Below are positions 1 to 6,119 of a stretch of DNA of 11,176 nt, piece after piece. The first letter of the stretch is position 1. Every line of letters starts with the position of its first letter. The stretch is from Candidatus Krumholzibacteriota bacterium (GTDB lineage Bacteria; Krumholzibacteriota; Krumholzibacteriia; LZORAL124-64-63), in contig JBDLKA010000112.1 of the NCBI GenBank assembly GCA_039714075.1, forward strand, positions 1-11,176, in the 5' to 3' direction. The translations under genes were made by a program, and so were the position numbers. The notes under the pieces are model-generated. The model worked only from the letters and a program-made list of their open reading frames with translations. It did no database searches and was not told the DNA's origin.

Positions 1-100
1 TTCGCCGCCGTAGCCATAGCTACGGCAAGAATTCGCAACGCCGAGCTCGGTTTGGCAAGGCGTGCATGACGCCGGGAGGAGTTTTTCAACAGCCTGCTAG
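1..100. mobile_element. Right half of a putative palindromic MITE / IS-derived repeat, truncated by the window start
   Basis: Ends in GAGTTTTTCAACAGCCTGCTAG (79-100), which I recognise as resembling the terminal inverted repeat (rev. comp. CTAGCAGGCTGTTGAAAAA) of IS1182/IS5-type non-autonomous elements. Perfect 8-bp hairpin GCCGTAGC-cata-GCTACGGC at 7-26; TTC (1-3) can extend the pairing with GAA (29-31). No transposase visible. Confidence 0.55.
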
Positions 101-112
101 ATCAGCCCCATG

Positions 113-149
113 TGAAAACGCCCCCCGGGAAATTCCCGGGGGGCGTTTC
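113..149 (-). terminator. Intrinsic terminator downstream of the first CBM20 gene
   Basis: Perfect 16-bp inverted repeat AAACGCCCCCCGGGAA-A-TTCCCGGGGGGCGTTT (116-148), about 38 nt past the stop at 187. Short T run on the minus strand. Confidence 0.8.
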
Positions 150-186
150 GCGACCGCCGGAGCGGCCGTGAGCTGATTAAGGACAA

Positions 187-1338
187 CTACCGGTACATAC
201 CCTTGATGGTACCCCAGGCAGCCTCTTCGACCGCAACCGGAGCACACACGCCGGGACCGTCTTCCCACACGTGGGTCACGGTGGTCTCGGGAGCCAGGGT
301 GTTGTCCAGGACGATGACCTTGTTGGCGCCGCCTTCCCAGGTGTTGCAGTCGTCCTTCTTGAACTTGTACTCGATGGTCAGGGGGATGGGCCTGCCGGCC
401 TCGAACACGACGCAGGTCTGGTAGAGGCCCGCCCCGATAAGATCGGCCGGGATGCCGGCGCCCCAGTTGTCCAGTTCGGGGATGCCGCCGACGGTGCAGA
501 CGCCGCCGGTATTATCCACGCCGTCCAGGCAGACCTGGAAGCAGATAACCTTGTCTTCCTCGAGAGTGTTGCCCAGGCCACAGGTGATGGGCGCGAATTC
601 CCAGCTGTCGGGCGCCAGTTCCACCAGGGTGGTGCCGTCCGTGGGCAGGGTCACCAGCCGGTTGGCGGTGCCTTCCCAGGTCGCGCAGGCGTCCTTCTTG
701 TACTTGTATTCGAAGCTGGGGTTGCCGCCGGCGGCGAAGACCACATCGACGGTGAACAGTTCGGGATCACCGGGAGATCCGATCATGTTCACGCCGGTGC
801 CCCAGCTACCGATCTCCGCGGCCGAACCGATCACACAGGGAACGGGCGTCGTGGCCGTGCCGCTCATGCACAGAGTGAAACGCACGATGATGTCGTTGGG
901 CAGCACGTCGATGACGTTGTAGCGGAACGGAGGAACATTGCCGGCCTGGTCCGCGGCCACCTCGAAGTCGGTACCGTCGGTGGCGTCGCTGAAAATGACC
1001 GTCACATCCACCCAGGCGGCGCCCACCAGGGCAGCCTGGGGTACCTGGGCCGTGTATTCGTCGTTGGCGCCCACGTCTCCCAGGTAGGTCATCGGAGCGT
1101 TGGCCTGGGCCGCGATGTCAGTGGTGTAGTAGAGGACGGCCGAGATGTCGGCACCCTGTCCCCCGGGATCCGTGATCCCGTTCTTGTAAACCTGGGCATA
1201 CACATCCACCGGTCCGGTAGGCGTGACGTTCTGTCCATGGTTCGGCCAGACATTGCCCGCCCAGTCGATGAGCGCGAAGGCGTTGCCGGCTACGCCCAGA
1301 AGCATGACGCAGACGGTCAGCGTGAGCAGTTTCTTCAT
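187..1338 (-). CDS. Secreted non-catalytic starch-binding protein (amylopullulanase-type accessory module + 2x CBM20 + C-terminal WGTIKGMYR tail), 383 aa
   Basis: Start moved from 1683 to ATG 1338: SD GGGAGGG upstream, Sec signal MKKLLTLTVCVMLLGVAGNAFA, and the same start as the paralogue. CBM20 signatures twice: VIGS-x-EIGSW...FEYKY...TWEG-x-NR and VGG-x-ELDNW...IEYKF...TWEG-x-NK. No GH catalytic motifs. Confidence 0.85.
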   Translation of the reverse strand: MKKLLTLTVCVMLLGVAGNAFALIDWAGNVWPNHGQNVTPTGPVDVYAQVYKNGITDPGGQGADISAVLYYTTDIAAQANAPMTYLGDVGANDEYTAQVPQAALVGAAWVDVTVIFSDATDGTDFEVAADQAGNVPPFRYNVIDVLPNDIIVRFTLCMSGTATTPVPCVIGSAAEIGSWGTGVNMIGSPGDPELFTVDVVFAAGGNPSFEYKYKKDACATWEGTANRLVTLPTDGTTLVELAPDSWEFAPITCGLGNTLEEDKVICFQVCLDGVDNTGGVCTVGGIPELDNWGAGIPADLIGAGLYQTCVVFEAGRPIPLTIEYKFKKDDCNTWEGGANKVIVLDNTLAPETTVTHVWEDGPGVCAPVAVEEAAWGTIKGMYR

Positions 1339-1487
1339 GATACCCTCCCCAGGGGGTGATGGCCCGCTAACCAGGCCGCTTGCAGATGCAGGCATATCTG
1401 GAAGCATCCAGGCATGCCGGGCGGCCCGTATCGTTGAAAACCCTGAAAAGGGAGCGATTTGAGCCGAAAATCCAATTGTCGAACGCA

Positions 1488-1535
1488 ATTTTACCATAAA
1501 AACGGGATTTTTGGTGTACTTTTTGGATTTTTGAT
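1488..1535 (-). promoter_or_regulatory. Putative extended -10 promoter with upstream A-tracts for the 187-1338 gene
   Basis: Minus strand TGgTAAAAT at 1496-1488, preceded by AT-rich sequence with several A5 tracts (CAAAAATCCAAAAAGTACACCAAAAAT) in a GC-rich genome. Confidence 0.45.
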
Positions 1536-1570
1536 GAAATACCGCCCTCCAGACGACGCTGGAGGGCGGT
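1534..1570 (-). terminator. Stem-loop after the second CBM20 gene (weak terminator or mRNA-stabilising hairpin)
   Basis: Perfect 12-bp inverted repeat ACCGCCCTCCAG-acgacg-CTGGAGGGCGGT (1541-1570), 27 nt after the stop at 1598, followed on the minus strand by only ATTTCAT. Confidence 0.65.
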
Positions 1571-1597
1571 GATCGGAAGAAGGCCCGTAACCGAAAT

Positions 1598-2728
1598 CTA
1601 CCTGTACATACCCTTGAGGGTGCCCCAGGCGGCTTCTTCAACCGTAACGGGATCACAGGCGCCCGGACCGTCGTCCCAGGCATGGGTCAGGGTCTGGGTC
1701 GATGGCGACGAGTTGTCGATGGTCAGCAACCTGTTGGGAACACCTTCCCAGGTCGCGCAATCATCCTTCTTGAACTTGTACTCGATGTTGATGGGTATCG
1801 GCGAACCGGCGGGCAAAATGATGCAGGCCTGGTACAGGTCCGCGGCGATTTCGACCGCCGGGGTACCGTAACCCCAGTTGTCCAGTTCGGGAATGTTTCC
1901 CACGGCGCAGACGCCGCCGCTGGTGCCGACCCCGGCCAGACAGACCTGGAAGCAGACTTCCTTGTCCTCGGCCAGGACGTCGCCCAGACCGCAGCCCAGC
2001 GGCTGGTTGTTCCAGCTGTCCTCGGGCGCCGGGATGGGATAATAGGTCGTACCGTCGGTCGGCAGGGTCACGACCCGGTTGGGTACGCTTTCCCAGGTGG
2101 TACAGCCGTCCTTCTGGTACTTGTACTCGAAGGTGGGATTGCTGCCGGCCGGAATGATCACCGTGACACCGTACAAATCGCCGCTGCCGCCGTTGTCCAT
2201 GACCACTCCCGTGGTCCAGCTGCCCAGGGCCGGATCCGACCCGATGACGCAGACATCGCCGCTGGTGACCTCGCCACTCAGGCAAAGACGGAAGCCGACT
2301 TCCAGGTCGTTGGGCAGGACGTCGGTCACGTAGTACCGGACCGGGTTCACGCCGTAGGAAGTGGCGTCGGTCGCGTCGGTGAAGGTGACCGAGACATCCA
2401 CCCAGGCCGCGCCCACCAGGGCCGTCTGGGGTACCTGGGCGGTGTATTCGTCGTTGTTGCCGATGTCCGTGTTGTAGGTCATCGGCACGCTGACCAGGGA
2501 GCCGATGTCGGTCACGTAGGCCAGGACACCGGAAATATCGGCGCCTTGCCCGGGGCCGTCGGTGACGCCGGCCTTGTAGACCTGGGCGTAGACATCCACC
2601 GGTCCCGTGGGAATGACGTTGGCGCCGTCCGCCGGCCAGACGTTGCCGGCCCAGTCGATGACCGCGAACGCGCTTCCGGCGGCGGTCAGAACCAAAGTAC
2701 AAAGAGCGAGCGTGAGCAGTTTCTTCAT
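1598..2728 (-). CDS. Secreted non-catalytic starch-binding protein, paralogue of 187-1338 (accessory module + 2x CBM20 + WGTLKGMYR tail), 376 aa
   Basis: Start moved from 2821 to ATG 2728: SD GGGAG at 2739-2735 and signal peptide MKKLLTLALCTLVLTAAGSAFA. CBM20 motifs VIGS-x-ALGSW...FEYKY...TWE-x-PNR and VGN-x-ELDNW...IEYKF...TWEG-x-PNR. Colinear with the 187-1338 protein over its full length. Confidence 0.85.
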   Translation of the reverse strand: MKKLLTLALCTLVLTAAGSAFAVIDWAGNVWPADGANVIPTGPVDVYAQVYKAGVTDGPGQGADISGVLAYVTDIGSLVSVPMTYNTDIGNNDEYTAQVPQTALVGAAWVDVSVTFTDATDATSYGVNPVRYYVTDVLPNDLEVGFRLCLSGEVTSGDVCVIGSDPALGSWTTGVVMDNGGSGDLYGVTVIIPAGSNPTFEYKYQKDGCTTWESVPNRVVTLPTDGTTYYPIPAPEDSWNNQPLGCGLGDVLAEDKEVCFQVCLAGVGTSGGVCAVGNIPELDNWGYGTPAVEIAADLYQACIILPAGSPIPINIEYKFKKDDCATWEGVPNRLLTIDNSSPSTQTLTHAWDDGPGACDPVTVEEAAWGTLKGMYR

Positions 2729-2741
2729 GATGATCTCCCAC

Positions 2742-2775
2742 AAAAAAAGCCCGGGTGGAGATAGTCCACCCGGGC
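2742..2775 (-). terminator. Canonical intrinsic terminator between the GH13 gene and the second CBM20 gene
   Basis: 11-bp perfect stem GCCCGGGTGGA / TCCACCCGGGC (2749-2775) with a 5-nt loop, followed on the minus strand by T7 (2748-2742). Confidence 0.8.
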
Positions 2776-2842
2776 ACGCATCAGGGTTGATTACTACCAG
2801 TGGCATGATAGCACAAATCATCCCGTTTTTGTCTTATTTCGT

Positions 2843-5800
2843 CTAATTCAACAAAATCGCCCCGCTCATTCCGGGCAGGGTGATTTCCACGTCGCCGCCC
2901 CGCAGATCGATCTTTTCACCGGTGGCGAAGCTGCCGCCGGCAGCCCGGGGAAAGGCATCCGGGCCCACCTGGACCTCGAAGACCATCTCTGCGCCCGCCG
3001 CGGTCAGGTTCTGCAGGGATTCACTCGAAAGAGTCAGCGTCACCGGCGAGGGGCCCGCATTGAAAGCGCTCACAGCCAGCTTGCCGTCCAGTTCCCGTGC
3101 AAAGACATAACCCTTGCCCTGGGTGACCAGGGTGGTGAAACTGCCGCGGCTGAGCACCGGCGTATCTCGCCGCAGCCTCGTGATCTGGCCGTAGTAATCC
3201 CGCAGTTCCTTTTTCCGGGTGTCGCCCTCGTAGCGCCAGTCCATGGGCCGGCGGCAATCGGGATCCTTGCCCCCGGTCATGCCCACCTCGTCCCCGTACC
3301 AGATGTGCGGCATGCCCACGTAGGTCATGCTGAACATGGCGCCCAGCATCAGGCGGCGCACGTCGCCGGCGCTGGTCAGATAGCGGATGGTGTCGTGGCT
3401 GTCCATCAGGTTCATCATTACCGCCACGCTCTGGGGCGGATACTGGAAGCGTCCCGGGCTGAGGCGGGCGTCGAACGCGGCGGCATCGATATTGCCCTTG
3501 CCGAAGAAGTCCATGACCGGGTCGCGGAAGAATTTGTAGTTCATGGTCGAGTCGAAGCAGTTGGGATTGATCCAGCGCCCCGCGTTGCCCCACAGTTCGC
3601 CCACCAGCCAGACGTCTTCCTTGAGGGAGTCGCAGCGCTCGCGGAACAGCTTCCAGAACCAGAACGGCACCTCGTTGGGCACGTCCAGGCGGAAGCCGTC
3701 GATGTCGAATTCGCCCAGCCAGACGTCGGCCGTCTTCAGGCAGTAGTTGACCACGTCCATGTTCGGCGTGGCGTCTTCGATGTTGTCGATGTTGTTCTCG
3801 TCGGCGTTGCTGCGCACCAGGTCGAAGTTCAGGTTGGGATGCAGCCCGAAGCCCCACCAGCAGTCGTAGTAGTCGCTGGCGTTGAAATCGCGGGAGGACG
3901 GCAGGGGCCATTTGTGGAACTCGTACCAGTTGTAGTACTGGCTGCTGGGACCGTTGTCCACCGCGTCGCGGAAGGCGAAATGCCAGTTGCCCGTGTGGTT
4001 GAAGGCCATGTCCACCACCACGCGGATGCCGTGATCATGGCAGGCCTTCACAAAAGCCTTGAACTCCTCGCGATCACCGAAGTGGGGATCGACCTCGTGG
4101 TAGTCCACCGGATCGTACTTGTGGTTGCTCATGCCGGTGTTCAGGGGATTGAAGTAGATCACCGTGATGCCCAGGTCGTTCAGGTAATCCAGCTTCTGCT
4201 GGATGCCGGCCACATCGCCGCCGTAGAACGAGTAGTAGTCGGGCTTGCCGTCGGTGCGGTAGGGGCTGCGGACCAGACCCTTGACGTCGTACCAGTCCTC
4301 GATCAGATGGAAGTACTCCCCGTTGGTCTTGCCGCTTTCGGGCAGCTTGTTGGCTCCGACATACCAGGGCTCACTGAAATCGGGATCGTTGTCGGGATCG
4401 CCGTTGGCGAACCGTTCGGGGAAGATCTGGTAGATGATGCCTTCCTTGGCCCAGTCGGGCGTGAAGAAGGGCGGGAAATCCGCCGCGCGATAGACGAACG
4501 GCGCCGAGCCCTTGTCCGCCGTCATCCCCTTTGCGCCCAAGTACTCCGTGGTCTCCGCGTCACGGTAGGCGACGAAGTAGGACAAATCATCCGCGGCATC
4601 GCCCAGGGTCACGGTGGTGCGGTAGTACTGGAAGGAGGCGTCCTTTTCGACGGCATCCATCGCCACCGAGGTTTCCGCGCCGCCGCCGGCCTGGTAGATC
4701 AGGGTCACTTCTTCGACATCATTCAGATGGGCCTTGGCCGTCAGTGATATCTCGGTCGGGCTCAAGGGGTTGCAGGTCGAGTAGTCGAACACCGGCTCCA
4801 GGTCGTCGCTGTAGATCTTGCCGTCCCCCAGTTCGATTTCGATGGTGGCGAACGTGGCGTCCACCTTCAGGATCGAGTTCTGGCCGCCGAAGCCGTCGTC
4901 GGTGCTTTCGGGGTTGTTGGGATCCTGCTGCCAGTTGCCGTCGACGACGAACTTGTACTGGTAGGTTCCCTGGGCCAACAGCAGGGTGACGGTGTAGGTG
5001 CCGTCGCTGTCGGCGTCGGTCATGCGGGTCTTGGAATCGTTCCAGTCGTTGAAGGTGCCGGCCAGGAACACGTTGGCGACGCCCGAGATGACGGGCGTGT
5101 AGCGGAATTCCACCGAACGAAGTTCACCATCACCCGCGGGCGCCGCCGCTGCGGCGCCGGCCGCCGCCGCCCCACCCCCTGCCGTGGCCGCGTCCACCTT
5201 GTCCTTGCCCGCGGCCACATGGACGACGGAATTCTGACCGCCGAAGCCGTCGTCGGTCACGTTGGCGTTGGCGGGATCCTGGGTCCAGGTGCCGTCGGCG
5301 ACGAACTTGTAGGCGTAATCGCCCGGCGCCAGCTCGAGGGTCTTTGTCCAGACGCCGTCGGCATTGTCCATGAGGTCGGCGGAATCGCTCCAGCCGTTGA
5401 AATCTCCGGCCAGGTGGACCTGGGTGGCGCCCGGATCCTCGTACCGGAAGGTGACCTGGGCCTTGCCGCCGGTTGCCGGAGCTGCGGGAGCCGGGGTCGC
5501 CGCCGGGGCCGCGACTGCTGCGCCTGCTGCCGAGCCCGCAGCGGCCATTTCGTCCAAGTCAGCAGGCACTGTTACAACGGAATTATTTCCTCCGAACCCG
5601 TCCTCGGCAGTGTTCGCGTTGGCCGGATCCGCGGTCCAGGAACCATCGGCCACGAACTTGTACTGGTAGGTTCCCGGATCCAGATCCAGGATCAGAGTCC
5701 AGACCCCGTCCGCATTGATCATGGGGTTGGCGGAATCGCTCCAGCCGTTGAATTCACCAGCCAGATAAACGGCCCCAGCTCCCGGAGCTTCGTGCTGAAA

Positions 5801-5884
5801 AGTTACCTTGGCGGCCTGGGCGGGCAATCCGGCCACAAACAACATCAGCATCGTGGCAAAGAATACGGTAGCTGACTTTTTCAT
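2843..5884 (-). CDS. Secreted multimodular GH13 alpha-amylase-family enzyme (neopullulanase/cyclomaltodextrinase/amylopullulanase-like) with 3x CBM48/AMPK-beta-like modules, 1013 aa
   Basis: SD GAGG and Sec signal ending AQA. Three repeats of V-x-F...V-x-LAG-x-FN-x-W...G-x-Y-x-YKFV-x-DG-x-W-x-x-DP-x-N...DGFGG-x-NS with Ala/Pro linkers. GH13 regions: PDWAKEGIIYQIFPERFANGD, FYGGD, SNHKYD, DMAFNH (I), HPNLN (V), GFRLDVPNE (II, Asp nucleophile), GELW (III), NLMDSHD (IV), YGDEVGM-x-GGKDPDCRRPM. Confidence 0.93.
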   Translation of the reverse strand: MKKSATVFFATMLMLFVAGLPAQAAKVTFQHEAPGAGAVYLAGEFNGWSDSANPMINADGVWTLILDLDPGTYQYKFVADGSWTADPANANTAEDGFGGNNSVVTVPADLDEMAAAGSAAGAAVAAPAATPAPAAPATGGKAQVTFRYEDPGATQVHLAGDFNGWSDSADLMDNADGVWTKTLELAPGDYAYKFVADGTWTQDPANANVTDDGFGGQNSVVHVAAGKDKVDAATAGGGAAAAGAAAAAPAGDGELRSVEFRYTPVISGVANVFLAGTFNDWNDSKTRMTDADSDGTYTVTLLLAQGTYQYKFVVDGNWQQDPNNPESTDDGFGGQNSILKVDATFATIEIELGDGKIYSDDLEPVFDYSTCNPLSPTEISLTAKAHLNDVEEVTLIYQAGGGAETSVAMDAVEKDASFQYYRTTVTLGDAADDLSYFVAYRDAETTEYLGAKGMTADKGSAPFVYRAADFPPFFTPDWAKEGIIYQIFPERFANGDPDNDPDFSEPWYVGANKLPESGKTNGEYFHLIEDWYDVKGLVRSPYRTDGKPDYYSFYGGDVAGIQQKLDYLNDLGITVIYFNPLNTGMSNHKYDPVDYHEVDPHFGDREEFKAFVKACHDHGIRVVVDMAFNHTGNWHFAFRDAVDNGPSSQYYNWYEFHKWPLPSSRDFNASDYYDCWWGFGLHPNLNFDLVRSNADENNIDNIEDATPNMDVVNYCLKTADVWLGEFDIDGFRLDVPNEVPFWFWKLFRERCDSLKEDVWLVGELWGNAGRWINPNCFDSTMNYKFFRDPVMDFFGKGNIDAAAFDARLSPGRFQYPPQSVAVMMNLMDSHDTIRYLTSAGDVRRLMLGAMFSMTYVGMPHIWYGDEVGMTGGKDPDCRRPMDWRYEGDTRKKELRDYYGQITRLRRDTPVLSRGSFTTLVTQGKGYVFARELDGKLAVSAFNAGPSPVTLTLSSESLQNLTAAGAEMVFEVQVGPDAFPRAAGGSFATGEKIDLRGGDVEITLPGMSGAILLN
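4860..5812 (-). repeat. Intragenic triplication of the CBM48-like module
   Basis: Shared DNA such as CGGAATCGCTCCAGCCGTTGAA near 5380 and 5731, and CCGCCGAAGCCGTCGTCGGT near 4884 and 5238. Units lie at about 5565-5810, 5215-5460 and 4860-5120. Confidence 0.85.
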
Positions 5885-6119
5885 TAAAGAACCTCACTTG
5901 CGCCAGGCAGGTTTATTCCCGGCCGGTCAGGACATCCCGGATCACCCATTTATTTTTGGAACCCAGTACACTAACAAAGCTCAGGTGACATTAAAAGGGG
6001 GTTAATTTGAGGAAAATTGCCCCAATTTCCGAAAACCCACCAAATGTGTTAATATTATAGAAGTCATACCATTCAAAGACGTTCCGATTATGAGCAACCG
6101 CCGTCCCCTGGAGTTATTC
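5885..6119. promoter_or_regulatory. AT-rich divergent promoter region between the two GH13 genes
   Basis: Divergent gene starts and a drop in GC. TGtTAATAT extended -10-like element at about 6047-6055 (+). Inverted repeat AAATTG-ccc-CAATTT at 6014-6028. Confidence 0.55.

Noticed and set aside
86..268. 60-aa minus-strand ORF
   Set aside because: Overlaps the end of the CBM20 gene in another frame and runs through the terminator, with no SD or motif.
1339..1683. 115-aa N-terminal extension of the 498-aa ORF, overlapping the paralogue's 3' end
   Set aside because: It runs through a hairpin and an AT-rich promoter. The SD, signal peptide and paralogue alignment all indicate a start at 1338.
2729..2821. 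31-aa N-terminal extension of the 407-aa ORF, or a leader peptide
   Set aside because: No SD, it crosses the terminator hairpin, and it has no regulatory codon run. ATG 2728 has an SD and gives a proper signal peptide.
5130..5545. Very GC-rich low-complexity tracts in the large GH13 gene
   Set aside because: They encode ordinary Ala/Pro/Gly interdomain linkers, with no evidence of a phase-variable repeat.
187..5812. Dispersed direct repeats considered as a CRISPR array or diversity-generating retroelement template/variable repeats
   Set aside because: The repeats are in-frame duplicated protein domains and paralogues. There is no regular repeat-spacer period, no evident adenine-specific mismatch pattern, and no cas or reverse transcriptase gene in the window.
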